Shown: in pieces, positions 42,263 through 51,506 of the stretch
Numbering within the stretch: the first letter of the stretch is position 1
How the letters are laid out: each line of letters opens with the position of its first letter
DNA from: Candidatus Levyibacteriota bacterium
Lineage (GTDB): Bacteria; Patescibacteriota; Microgenomatia; Levybacterales; UBA12049
Reading direction: 5' to 3'
DNA: 64,000 bases
Assembly (NCBI GenBank): GCA_052034235.1
Contig: JBPOIT010000002.1
Location: 5,939 to 69,938 of the forward strand
Made by a program: the position numbers and the translations under genes
The notes under the pieces: model-generated
What the model was told of the DNA's origin: nothing
What the model saw: only the letters and a program-made list of their open reading frames with translations
Databases searched by the model: none

Positions 42263-42931
42263 CTAACAATTTGGCCAAGCGCCTCGGCCGCCGTTTGAGA
42301 TTTTGTAAGCGGCAGTTCGGATAGCTTCCTCAGCATTTTTCCTTAGGTCAGGATTAGTATCAAGGCCCATGGCACTGCGTGTGCTTATCCATGTCGCTGC
42401 TGCAAATTGATACATGCCTGCATATAAGCCAGTATCGGCATTGGTATTAAAACCAGCTTCGCATTTTGCAATTCGTTTGAGATCTTCTTTATCGACTTTA
42501 TATTCATCAGCATATTTACTAAATAATGAATCAAGATCCGTAGGTGCTGCAACAGCAGTCTGGGGGATTGGCGTTGCTGTTGGCAATGGTTCTGTCGTCG
42601 GAATAGCGCTTGGTGTTATTGTTACTTGAATTATTTTAGTAGGTTCAGGTGTTGTCGTTGGCGTTTGTGGTTCAGCGGTAACGGTAGGAACAGGCTCGTC
42701 AGTTGATTTAAGTGTAAAAAGAACTGGTTTTTGTTTTACATCCTCTGGCTGCTGTGTGATTTGTTTTACGTAGGCTAAGGTCGGAGTAGGTTGAGGTGTA
42801 ACAGCCGGTATCTGCGTAGGTTTTGCTATTAGCTCAGATGTCTGTGCGTTCGCAACTGTATGGAACAGGGTCGTTGAGACACTGAATGAAAGAAAAGAGA
42901 GAAGCACGTAGCTAGCCAGTTTCCTCTGCAT
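42263..42931 (-). CDS. Secreted lysozyme-like (transglycosylase/Rpf-like) protein with P/T-rich linker
   Basis: IAKCEAGFN, YAGMYQF..ATW, AWPNC. Confidence 0.8.
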   Translation of the reverse strand: MQRKLASYVLLSFLSFSVSTTLFHTVANAQTSELIAKPTQIPAVTPQPTPTLAYVKQITQQPEDVKQKPVLFTLKSTDEPVPTVTAEPQTPTTTPEPTKIIQVTITPSAIPTTEPLPTATPIPQTAVAAPTDLDSLFSKYADEYKVDKEDLKRIAKCEAGFNTNADTGLYAGMYQFAAATWISTRSAMGLDTNPDLRKNAEEAIRTAAYKISNGGRGAWPNC

Positions 42932-43206
42932 TATTAAATCGTAACATGCACATTCTTTACTGTGTGTAAGAGATACGCTATAAGATAAAAAACAAAAGGG
43001 CATTAATATGCTAATTGAAGTTTAGTAAAAACTTTTCGCTCAATGTTAGAGAGCCTTATAGTGGGCAGAGAAGTGTTTTGAGACAAAAAAACTGTTCATT
43101 TTTTGAAGCTGAACAATGGAAAAGATTGCAAACTATATAAATGAAATTTTATAGTCAAATAGAGTGTGTTTGGTGTTTATAAATCCTGTATACAATCCCT
43201 ACAGGT

Positions 43207-43782
43207 TTATTTTTCTTCAAAAGTGATATCGGAAGGGAGTATGAATTTTGTTTCGTCTGGATTCCAAGGTTTACAATTAAAAATCATATTCTGACGAATT
43301 TGTTCTGCCTGTTGTTTCTCTTGAGGAGTGAGAGATTTATTTGCTTCACTGAATTTCATACCTACTTTTTGTCCGCCAAGGATCATCCAGCTGTAGGCGG
43401 TATTATTCATATAAATAGCGTTACCTTCAGCTTCCATACCGCCAATTGTTGCCGTTATGGTACTTCTTCCTTTATGTGCAGTTGTCCAGAGTGTGCCTTT
43501 GTTAAATGGGTTTTCTCCTTCAACTGGCATCCTCCAATCACATTCCAAATTCTGGCCACGACCAACGATATCAGGGATAGTTGTATTCAATTCTCGATTG
43601 GTGAGTGTTTCTGAAGGAATAACATTTCCCACAGAGTTTTTTGTCAAAGAAGCAATAGGTGAGGTATTTGGATTTGATTGAGTTGCAAAAAATAAACCAA
43701 AGCCAATGATTGCAGCTGCCCCCAAAACGACAAGTAAAGCGATTGTTGAAAATCCCAAAGCTGATAATTTATGGCCATTCAT
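43207..43782 (-). CDS. Membrane-anchored exported protein with pilin-like N-terminus
   Basis: GFSTIALLVVLG hydrophobic N-terminus; Cys pair; CKPWNPDETKFILPSDITF end. Confidence 0.6.
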   Translation of the reverse strand: MNGHKLSALGFSTIALLVVLGAAAIIGFGLFFATQSNPNTSPIASLTKNSVGNVIPSETLTNRELNTTIPDIVGRGQNLECDWRMPVEGENPFNKGTLWTTAHKGRSTITATIGGMEAEGNAIYMNNTAYSWMILGGQKVGMKFSEANKSLTPQEKQQAEQIRQNMIFNCKPWNPDETKFILPSDITFEEK

Positions 43783-43803
43783 ACGGGTCGATTATAACAT
43801 GAC

Positions 43804-44727
43804 TTATCTAATACGCTGCAAATTCTCAACAATTAAAGCGAAACGCTCCTGCGCAATTTCCAAAAGACTTTTTTTCCGGCAAACCTCCTGCAGTTCTATC
43901 AAATCATCATTTGCTGGTATAACAGCATTGTTTGTTCGTGTATACATAATTGCCTTGGTATCAGGTACGTGATCTATGCCTAATGCATGGCCGAATTCAT
44001 GGGCGAGTGTGTGAACGAGTTCATCTGGGGTGTTATAAAAATAAATGATAATTCGTCGACCATCTTTATCCTGAATGTAAATTCCTTCTTCAGGTTTTGA
44101 TTTCAAGGCTTCGTTATAAGTATCGACTGTTTGGCTTAATGCTTGTACCTCAGTATTGTATTCGTCAGTTGATTGACCGAGCTCAGCGGCCGTTGCATGA
44201 AGTTGCCTTGATTCCTCCTGAAGCACTTTTTGCCGTTCGATCAGTCCTTGATAGACATCAGTAGGTGCGCCTCCTTTTGTGTTCCAGTTATCAATTTCCT
44301 GGTTAAGTGCTGCAGCTTTTTGCTTGAAGGCTGCAACACGTTGTTCATACGCAGCAATCCTTGGTTCAAGCGCTTTATTCTGTTCATCGAGTTTGGTATC
44401 AAGCTGACTTATTTGGGAATTAAGTGATTGCCGTTCGTCATATTCTAAACTAACGGTGAGTGGACCTTCTGGGTCATAAGCAAAAAGTTCTTTTCCTGAA
44501 GCCTCGCTCCAAATCGCTCCGGCTTCCTGAATATACTTTTTGAATTCTTCTTCTGACAGATTAAATCGTTTATCAATTTTACCGATTTTATAGGCAAGGG
44601 GAGTGTCACATGTGGAGTAGTACGTGACTTGTTTTATTTGCTCTGCGATGACGGTTCGGTTTTGGAAGCCAAGGCCCAAGAGAACAATCACTAGAATGAC
44701 CCAAAATAACTTTCTCATAGCCATCAC
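43804..44727 (-). CDS. Matrixin-family (M10-like) zinc metalloprotease with coiled-coil insertion
   Basis: HEFGHALGIDH, Met-turn AIMY; ~110-aa heptad segment; N-terminal anchor. Confidence 0.88.
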   Translation of the reverse strand: MMAMRKLFWVILVIVLLGLGFQNRTVIAEQIKQVTYYSTCDTPLAYKIGKIDKRFNLSEEEFKKYIQEAGAIWSEASGKELFAYDPEGPLTVSLEYDERQSLNSQISQLDTKLDEQNKALEPRIAAYEQRVAAFKQKAAALNQEIDNWNTKGGAPTDVYQGLIERQKVLQEESRQLHATAAELGQSTDEYNTEVQALSQTVDTYNEALKSKPEEGIYIQDKDGRRIIIYFYNTPDELVHTLAHEFGHALGIDHVPDTKAIMYTRTNNAVIPANDDLIELQEVCRKKSLLEIAQERFALIVENLQRIR

Positions 44728-44767
44728 ATTTTAGTAGATAGGTGCAAAAGGTGCAACATTTACACAA

Positions 44768-44796
44768 AAAACCCTCCGGTGAGTACGGAGGGTTTT
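44768..44796. terminator. Intrinsic terminator downstream of the His/Asp/Lys-rich gene
   Basis: AAAACCCTCCG-gtgagta-CGGAGGGTTTT. Confidence 0.8.
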
Positions 44797-44816
44797 GCAG
44801 GTTATCCAATTACTCT

Positions 44817-46223
44817 TTAGTACGAAGCATAATTGAATCCAGAGGTATTACTAATTCTGACACTTGCATAGTTATTGCCCGTGCGAATCGATACCTTACC
44901 GTTGTGTTCCTCATGATTCTGAGAATGATAGTTTTTATATTTCTCGTTGAAATAGTTGCAGTCATCCTTTTTATCATAATCATGGTTTACCTTTTTTACG
45001 TACGTGACATATTTTTTATCATGGTTGTACTTATCGTCATGATTGTAAGATGTTACTTTGTAATCTTTGTTGTAATCATCTTTATGACTTTTGTAGTACT
45101 CATATGCCTCCCAGCAGCCATAATTACCTTCATATCCTTCATGTTTGAATAGGAATGTTAAGTAATAGTGACAGTTTTGTAGGTATTCATATTTGCCATA
45201 ATCATTCTTTTCATATTTCACGTATTTGTAGTCGTACTCTTTGTAATCCTTCTTGTTTGATTCATGGCCTTTTTTATCCCAGTCATCGTGTTTGAAGGAG
45301 TACGTATGATCATCTTTTTTCTCAGAATTGTATTCATGATGATTGTCTTCATCATGTTTATTCTTATCATCATGATCATCGTCTTTTTTACTGTCTACAT
45401 ACGTATGATCCTCGGAAGCTTTATGCTCATCGACCTTTTTATCGTCCTCATGTTTACCATAGTTTTTATTTTCATACTCATGGTTATCCTTTTTGACTTC
45501 GACATACTTTTGGTCGTCATGGTTTTTCCAGGATTTCTCGTCATCATTTTCATGATTGTCTTTGTAGGACTCGTCTTTGTTGTATGAATCTTTGTTCCAA
45601 TCATTATCTTTGTTTTCTTCAGACTTGAAAACTTCGTGCTTTTCCTCATACTTCTTATCGTCCTTGTCAGACCAGTTTTTTTTGTCAGTATCCCAGTCTT
45701 TCTCATCATGCTTATATGATGTGTTCTCATCTGCATGGTTGTATCCAGTATTTGCTTGTACGTCTACATTATTCTCAATCTTGGTGTCATTCTCCTGCGT
45801 GACTTCTTTCTTATCGTTATTTGAGAAATGTATCTCGTTATCTGAATGTGCACCGTTTTCGCTTTCTTTTATTTTCCAATCACTCTTCTCATGATCGTTA
45901 TTCACATACGCAGCGTTTACTCCGGCCGTATTCTCGATAGAAACGTGAGAGCGAGCATCACCAGTGTGTATTGAAACATCTCCACCGGTATTATCATTGG
46001 CTGAATTATTGCCCGTATTGCTATGTGTTGAGACATTATTGGAAATGGATGTATCGTTAGATTGATGAACAGATGTATCATGTTGTTCACTCACATGAAC
46101 TTTGTTATCTGAACGTGAACCATTTCCTGCAATAGTGATTGAATCAGCTGAAGCCGGGAAAAATGCTGCTGATCCCAAGAATGCTGCTGAAGAAATAAAA
46201 TAAGCAAGTTTTGTTTTTGTCAT
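44817..46223 (-). CDS. Secreted protein with Asn/Thr/Gly repeat units and a ~270-aa K/D/H/Y/E/N low-complexity insert
   Basis: Signal peptide; SD AAAGGAGGTG; repeats NTGNNSANDNT and NTGYNHADENT. Confidence 0.8.
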   Translation of the reverse strand: MTKTKLAYFISSAAFLGSAAFFPASADSITIAGNGSRSDNKVHVSEQHDTSVHQSNDTSISNNVSTHSNTGNNSANDNTGGDVSIHTGDARSHVSIENTAGVNAAYVNNDHEKSDWKIKESENGAHSDNEIHFSNNDKKEVTQENDTKIENNVDVQANTGYNHADENTSYKHDEKDWDTDKKNWSDKDDKKYEEKHEVFKSEENKDNDWNKDSYNKDESYKDNHENDDEKSWKNHDDQKYVEVKKDNHEYENKNYGKHEDDKKVDEHKASEDHTYVDSKKDDDHDDKNKHDEDNHHEYNSEKKDDHTYSFKHDDWDKKGHESNKKDYKEYDYKYVKYEKNDYGKYEYLQNCHYYLTFLFKHEGYEGNYGCWEAYEYYKSHKDDYNKDYKVTSYNHDDKYNHDKKYVTYVKKVNHDYDKKDDCNYFNEKYKNYHSQNHEEHNGKVSIRTGNNYASVRISNTSGFNYASY

Positions 46224-46428
46224 TTACTTTTCACCTCCTTTCCGACGTGCCGTTATATACAAAAGCGGAGGTTCATCACTAGTAAATGAAATCCACACGT
46301 AGCGTAGGGCAGGTCTTATGTGATTAGAGTTAGACTAACCAGTTTATGTAAATCTAGAATAGATGTTTGTTAATAAACAGGTAAGAAAGGCTGATGAGGT
46401 TAGAGTTTTACGCCTGTTGAAGTAGAGG

Positions 46429-47493
46429 TTATTTTATAATCCGGGCGATTTTTTTTGTTTGTTCGATAATATAATCTATTTCTTCATCTTTCAAATCAGG
46501 GTAGAGTGGGAGACTTGCACAATGTGCTCCGATAAATTCGGTAACAGGAAGTGTTACTTTGTTGTATTGTTTATAACCCTTCATTAAATGAAGCGGAAGA
46601 TAATGGATACTGCATTGAATTCCTGCCTCTTTCATTTGAACCAGGAATTCATCGCGGTTTTCAACGAGAAGAGGATACATATGATTTCCTTTGATTTGTA
46701 GACCAAATGCTTCGTTATATTTTGTGACGATTTCGTCACGTCTTGCGTTCAAACCTTCAACTTTTTTAAGCTGCTCTCGGCCAATTGCAGCTTCGACATC
46801 TGTCATATCAAAGTTCCAGCCTGGCTCTTCAACTTCATAATAAAAACTGGAAGCACTTACGCCTCCTGTCCCTTGATAACGGCTCAATGTGTCTTTTGCG
46901 ATTCCGCCGTGACATGCCATTCTATACCAAGCTGCTTTTTCATCGTCATCAGTAATAATCATACCTCCGCGGACAGTAGTCATATTTTTCACTGCGTAAA
47001 AAGAAAAACAGATGGTAATACCTTTATAGTCGTTTTTTTCAATGCGATGAGCAGAGTCGAAAAGTACTGGAACAGGGAAGTTCTCAAACCCTTCAGCATA
47101 CCTTGCTGAATAATGAACAGGTATAACGAGCTTGGTACGAGGTGTTATTTTTCTCTTTACGTCTTCAGGATCTAAACACCACGTATCTTTTTTAACATCT
47201 GCAAAAACAGGTGTTGCACCTGCCTGAATAACAATACTTGCAGTAGCACTCCAGGTAAGAGAGGGGACGATTACTTCATCTTCAGGTTGAAGTTTCATCT
47301 GCTTTACAACAAGATAAAGCGCCATGGTGCAGCCGTTAGTTGCAATTGCATGTTTCGCACCGGTATAAGCAGCAACTTCTTCTTCAAAAGCTTGTGTTTC
47401 TTTGCCTCTTATGAGCCAGCCGCTATCAAGAACGCGCTTAACAGCTTGCAATTCTTTTTCATCAATTGACGGTTTTGTAAGATTAATAGTCAT
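46429..47493 (-). CDS. DegT/DnrJ/EryC1/StrS PLP-dependent sugar aminotransferase
   Basis: VLDSGW, VIVPSLTW, GATPVFAD, DSAH, SFYAVKNMTT, SLPLYP. Confidence 0.93.
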   Translation of the reverse strand: MTINLTKPSIDEKELQAVKRVLDSGWLIRGKETQAFEEEVAAYTGAKHAIATNGCTMALYLVVKQMKLQPEDEVIVPSLTWSATASIVIQAGATPVFADVKKDTWCLDPEDVKRKITPRTKLVIPVHYSARYAEGFENFPVPVLFDSAHRIEKNDYKGITICFSFYAVKNMTTVRGGMIITDDDEKAAWYRMACHGGIAKDTLSRYQGTGGVSASSFYYEVEEPGWNFDMTDVEAAIGREQLKKVEGLNARRDEIVTKYNEAFGLQIKGNHMYPLLVENRDEFLVQMKEAGIQCSIHYLPLHLMKGYKQYNKVTLPVTEFIGAHCASLPLYPDLKDEEIDYIIEQTKKIARIIK

Positions 47494-47495
47494 AG

Positions 47496-48533
47496 TTAGA
47501 AGTTAAAAAGATTAATAGTTTTCATTGACTGTAATGCATTACGTGACTTTGTAAAGAGAGTAGTTCGCTTCTCGCCATTATTTGTGTACTTCATAAGATA
47601 CTTTACGCGATAATACACATCTTCATCAAGACTTTTAATACTTTTGTTTTCAAATGCCTTATAGATTTCATGAACAGCATCTTTTACGTCATATGTTGGT
47701 TTGAAGCCGAAATCCTTTTTAATTCTGTCAAAATTTGCTTTGTAGGATCTGCCATCGATACTTTCTTCGTTAATAACGAGTTCCACATGTGGCAATTCTT
47801 TTTTAATAAGTTTTCCAAGGTCAGAAATTCGATAATTCTGTTCATTTGAACCGACGTTATATATTCGGTGTTTTGGCTTTTCAACATGAAGTATCATACC
47901 AATTGCACGTGAGACATCTTTGACATGTACGATTGGACGCCACTGTGAACCACCGTTAACGGTAATTTTATTTTTAAAATAGGCATTTCCGGTCATGGTA
48001 TTAACGACGAGATCAAATCTCGGTTTTGGTGAGTGTCCGTAAACTGTTGCAAAACGGAGAACTATCCCGTTCACCTGTGGATTAAGATAGGCTTTTTCTG
48101 AAAGCATTTTGGTTCGCGCATAGAGTGTGACTGGTCCGAGTGGACTTTCTTCGTTAAACACACCGTTTTCTGAAAATCCGTATACGGAACAGGATGATGC
48201 ATAGATAACACGTTTACCTGTTGCTTGGCACAATTCAGCAATTAAATGGTTAGCTTTGTAATTGACATTCCATGTAAGCTCAGGAAGCAAATCAGATGCC
48301 GGGTCATTTGAAATAGCCGCTAAATTTACAATTGCGTCAGCCTTTTCAATAGCAGGCAGCAGGTCATTAATATCACGAATATCTCCAACGATATATTCTC
48401 TGTTAGGAAAACCTTTATCGTTTCGTTCATAAAGAAAATTATCAAACACGATAACGTCATCGCCAATTGATTCAAGATAATCACATAATACTGAGCCAAT
48501 GTAACCGGCTCCGCCGAGGACGAGTACTTTCAT
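47496..48533 (-). CDS. NAD-dependent nucleotide-sugar epimerase/dehydratase
   Basis: GGAGYIG, ASSCSVYG, YARTK, RFATVYG..P.PRFDLVVN. Confidence 0.93.
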   Translation of the reverse strand: MKVLVLGGAGYIGSVLCDYLESIGDDVIVFDNFLYERNDKGFPNREYIVGDIRDINDLLPAIEKADAIVNLAAISNDPASDLLPELTWNVNYKANHLIAELCQATGKRVIYASSCSVYGFSENGVFNEESPLGPVTLYARTKMLSEKAYLNPQVNGIVLRFATVYGHSPKPRFDLVVNTMTGNAYFKNKITVNGGSQWRPIVHVKDVSRAIGMILHVEKPKHRIYNVGSNEQNYRISDLGKLIKKELPHVELVINEESIDGRSYKANFDRIKKDFGFKPTYDVKDAVHEIYKAFENKSIKSLDEDVYYRVKYLMKYTNNGEKRTTLFTKSRNALQSMKTINLFNF

Positions 48534-48534
48534 A

Positions 48535-49689
48535 TTATTTGCTGAGTGCCAGCCCTCCTTTTTGAGATTTTGCAGCTTGATCCATACTGACTACTTCATT
48601 GCAGTATGATTCGTATTGCTTGGCAATATTGTCCCAACCATATAATTTGGCAAATGGTCGTGCGTTTTTCTTGAGAGCCGCACGTTTGTTCTTATTCGTT
48701 GTCATTGTGAGAAGGGCATTAGCAAGAGATTTTGCATTTCCAGGCTGAGCCTTGATAGAAATCGTTGTTGGCACCCATGCCAAACCGTCAACATCCATAC
48801 AGACGATAGGTTTGCCCATACCTGCAAATTCGAGTGGCACGAGTGGGAAGTCTTCAAAACGTGAAGGATAAATGCCATACATACAGTTGGCGATTAATGT
48901 TTCCTTTTTTTTACCATCAACGCGTCCAATAAACTCAACAAACGATGAGACACCTTGTTCTTTGATCATCTTTTTAAGGGTTTCTTCTTCTTCCTTGGGG
49001 CCATTTCCTGCGAGGATAATTTTGACAGGGAAGTTCTTTGGAAGCATTGCGCATGCTTCTACGAGTGTGTCAAGGCTTTTTTGTCTGATATCAATTCTTC
49101 CCAAAAAGAAAGCATAAGGTTTTTCAGTTCCTTTGATAGTGAACCATTTTTCAGTCACACCGTTAGGAATAATTCTTGTATGAATTTTAGGATTTAGTCT
49201 TTCCATTTTCTTTTTATTCAAAGGAGAGTAGGCGAGGAAATATTTATACTTCTTTGCACCAAATGCTTCAACCCAATGAAAAGGCAATTTATACTTTCTG
49301 GTAAATTCTTTTGCCTCAAACATTGTCGGCATACCGATGACAGGAATTTTGGTAAAGACAGGTGAGAATAAAGTTGAAATCGGTGCGGTAAAACATTCAA
49401 TCATGACATCACATGAAAATTTACTAACAGTAAAGGGGAGTGCAGCAATGTAGACGAAGTTATTTAGTTTAATGTTAGAACTGCCAAGACCTATATGTTT
49501 ATATTCTATGCCATCTTTAGCATAGTCTTTATAACCAGGATAGCGGGAGCAAATGATTGTGACTTTGTGTCCAAGCGTTACAAGCCTCTGTGCTACTTCG
49601 AAGGTAGCACGAGCCTGTCCGCCTGAAAGCAGGTGGTTTTTGAGGTCATCGAAATCTAAGAATGCTATGTGTAATTTTTTAGTACGCAT
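48535..49689 (-). CDS. Glycosyltransferase family 4
   Basis: SGG, IIPNGV, GRI...K, PSRFEDFPLVPLE (EX7E). Confidence 0.9.
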   Translation of the reverse strand: MRTKKLHIAFLDFDDLKNHLLSGGQARATFEVAQRLVTLGHKVTIICSRYPGYKDYAKDGIEYKHIGLGSSNIKLNNFVYIAALPFTVSKFSCDVMIECFTAPISTLFSPVFTKIPVIGMPTMFEAKEFTRKYKLPFHWVEAFGAKKYKYFLAYSPLNKKKMERLNPKIHTRIIPNGVTEKWFTIKGTEKPYAFFLGRIDIRQKSLDTLVEACAMLPKNFPVKIILAGNGPKEEEETLKKMIKEQGVSSFVEFIGRVDGKKKETLIANCMYGIYPSRFEDFPLVPLEFAGMGKPIVCMDVDGLAWVPTTISIKAQPGNAKSLANALLTMTTNKNKRAALKKNARPFAKLYGWDNIAKQYESYCNEVVSMDQAAKSQKGGLALSK

Positions 49690-49773
49690 ATATTTAAAGA
49701 CTTATAGTATTATATCAGAGTTTTCCCCTTTTGCAAGTAGTAAATAAACCTATAGGAAAAGTACAAAAGACAC

Positions 49774-49809
49774 TTGTATTTGTTATCGCATACTAGTATA
49801 ATAGTATGC
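49774..49809 (+). promoter_or_regulatory. trp promoter and TrpR-type operator
   Basis: TTGTAT(49774)-17 bp-TATAAT(49797); palindrome GCATACTAGTATAATAGTATGC at 49788-49809 over the -10. Confidence 0.8.
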
Positions 49810-50094
49810 ATGAGCAGCACACCGAGAAATGAATTATTAGAATCATTGCTGGCAGTTAAAACAAAGCAGGAAATGGAAGCATTTCTTTCAGGCATTTTGA
49901 CGCCGCAAGAACTTGCTGATTTGCCAAAAAGGCTTGAAATTTTTAAGATGTTAAAAGTAGGAATTCCCCAGCATGAAATTGCGAAGAAACTAGGAGTCGG
50001 AGTGGCGACAGTAACTCGAGGCTCACTTGAACTCCAGCGGGGAAATATACAAAAAACAGGATGGTGGCGCAGTTTATCAACCTTGAGAGGCTGA
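49810..50094 (+). CDS. trpR: Trp repressor family protein with C-terminal WW leader-peptide-like tail
   Basis: LTPQE....KRLEI..ML..G.PQHEIAKKLGVGVATVTRGS HTH; heads the trp operon. Confidence 0.88.
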   Translation: MSSTPRNELLESLLAVKTKQEMEAFLSGILTPQELADLPKRLEIFKMLKVGIPQHEIAKKLGVGVATVTRGSLELQRGNIQKTGWWRSLSTLRG

Positions 50095-50156
50095 TCTTTG
50101 CGTTTTTTTGGGAAACTCTTGGATGAACCTCTCAGGTGAGAGGTTCTTTCTTTGTT
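50062..50156 (+). promoter_or_regulatory. Trp attenuator (TGGTGG control codons, protector, antiterminator, terminator)
   Basis: Terminator GAACCTCTC-AGGT-GAGAGGTTC-TTTCTTTGTT (50125-50156); CCTTGAGAGG (50081-50090) is complementary to CCTCTCAGG (50128-50136). Confidence 0.8.
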
Positions 50157-51506
50157 ATGAAACAATTACAAAAAATTTGTATTACACAAAAACCAACATA
50201 CCGTAAATTGGCAGAAGATGTCGATTTCTTTGAACTGTTTGCAAAAGTAGAACGGGAGTTTGATACCTGTTTTCTGCTTGAATCATTAGGAGAAGAAGGG
50301 AAGTTTTCAAGATATTCAACAATTGGGTTTGCCCCTGAACATCTTATTTCAGCACAAAAAGAAACGTTATTTGTGGATGATGAAACGTTTGAAACAACAA
50401 ATCCATATAAAGCACTAAGAGAGATGATGCCTGAAGAAACGATTGCTCGTGAATACGCGGGAGGACTTGTCGGGTATGTAAGTTATGATGCTATTAACTA
50501 TTTTGAACCGACAATTAAAGCAAAAGTGCATGACGATTTTGATCAGTTTATGTTTGGCGCGTATACGGATGGCGTAGTTTTTGACAAATTAACCAATGAG
50601 TTATTTTATTTTTACTACACGGAGGATCGAAGCCAAATTTTAAAACAAATCATGAAAAAATCACTTCCTACTCAATCTGTGCAGGTTACATTTGCAAATG
50701 ACAGTCTTACGAAAGGGGAACATAAACAGATTGTTGAACAGGTTAAAGAACAAATTCGTGCAGGAAATATCTTTCAATGCGAGGTTGGATTTAAATCGAA
50801 GTACAAAGTAAAAGGAGACTTGTTGCAAATCTATAAAAAGCTGAGAAAAGAGAACCCCTCTCCGTTTATGTATTATCTGAAATTTGGCAAAAAGAAAATC
50901 ATTGGTGCGAGTCCTGAACTGCTCTTTTCGCTTCGAGATGGTGAAATGACCACCAAACCGCTTGCCGGAACAATTAAACGCGGCAAATCTGAGCAGGAAG
51001 ACCAACAGCTTGCAAGAATGTTGCTTAACGATCCTAAAGAAATTGCTGAGCACAGAATGCTTGTTGATTTACACCGCAATGATATCGGCAAAGTTGCGCA
51101 GTTTGGTACGGTGAAAGTGCGTGAACTGATGTCTGTTAAAAAGTTCAGTTATGTGCAGCATATTTCAAGCGAGATTGTCGGACTCATGAGTCAGAAAGAG
51201 GATATGTTCTCAGCGTTTGCTTCCAATTTTCCAGCAGGAACACTAACAGGTGCTCCCAAGATTGAAGCGATGAAAATTATTGATGCGAACGAAAAAGAGG
51301 CGCGCGGACCATATGGCGGGGCAGTCGGGCATTTCGGTTTTAATGGAGATTGTACTTTTGCCATAGCTATCAGATCACTTTTTGCCTCAGGTGAAAAGGC
51401 TTACACCCAAACATGCGGAGGGATTGTGTTTGATTCTGATCCTGACAAAGAGTATCAGGAGATTATCAATAAAAAGAAAGCGATGAAAGGAGTTTTGGAA
51501 GCATGA
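50157..51506 (+). CDS. trpE: Anthranilate synthase component I
   Basis: LLES, NPSPFMY, GASPE, PLAGT, AEHRMLVDL.RND, FPAGTLTGAPK.AM, GPYGG. Confidence 0.95.
   Translation: MKQLQKICITQKPTYRKLAEDVDFFELFAKVEREFDTCFLLESLGEEGKFSRYSTIGFAPEHLISAQKETLFVDDETFETTNPYKALREMMPEETIAREYAGGLVGYVSYDAINYFEPTIKAKVHDDFDQFMFGAYTDGVVFDKLTNELFYFYYTEDRSQILKQIMKKSLPTQSVQVTFANDSLTKGEHKQIVEQVKEQIRAGNIFQCEVGFKSKYKVKGDLLQIYKKLRKENPSPFMYYLKFGKKKIIGASPELLFSLRDGEMTTKPLAGTIKRGKSEQEDQQLARMLLNDPKEIAEHRMLVDLHRNDIGKVAQFGTVKVRELMSVKKFSYVQHISSEIVGLMSQKEDMFSAFASNFPAGTLTGAPKIEAMKIIDANEKEARGPYGGAVGHFGFNGDCTFAIAIRSLFASGEKAYTQTCGGIVFDSDPDKEYQEIINKKKAMKGVLEA

Noticed and set aside
42932-43206. c-di-AMP (ydaO) riboswitch upstream of the transglycosylase-like gene
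   Set aside because: The region is AT-rich with no recognisable conserved riboswitch core; an Infernal scan would be needed to exclude it fully.
50095-50156. Separate trpL leader ORF or T-box upstream of trpE or trpS
   Set aside because: The 62-nt trpR-trpE gap has no Trp-rich ORF, and both this gap and the 31-nt trpA-trpS gap are too short for a T-box.
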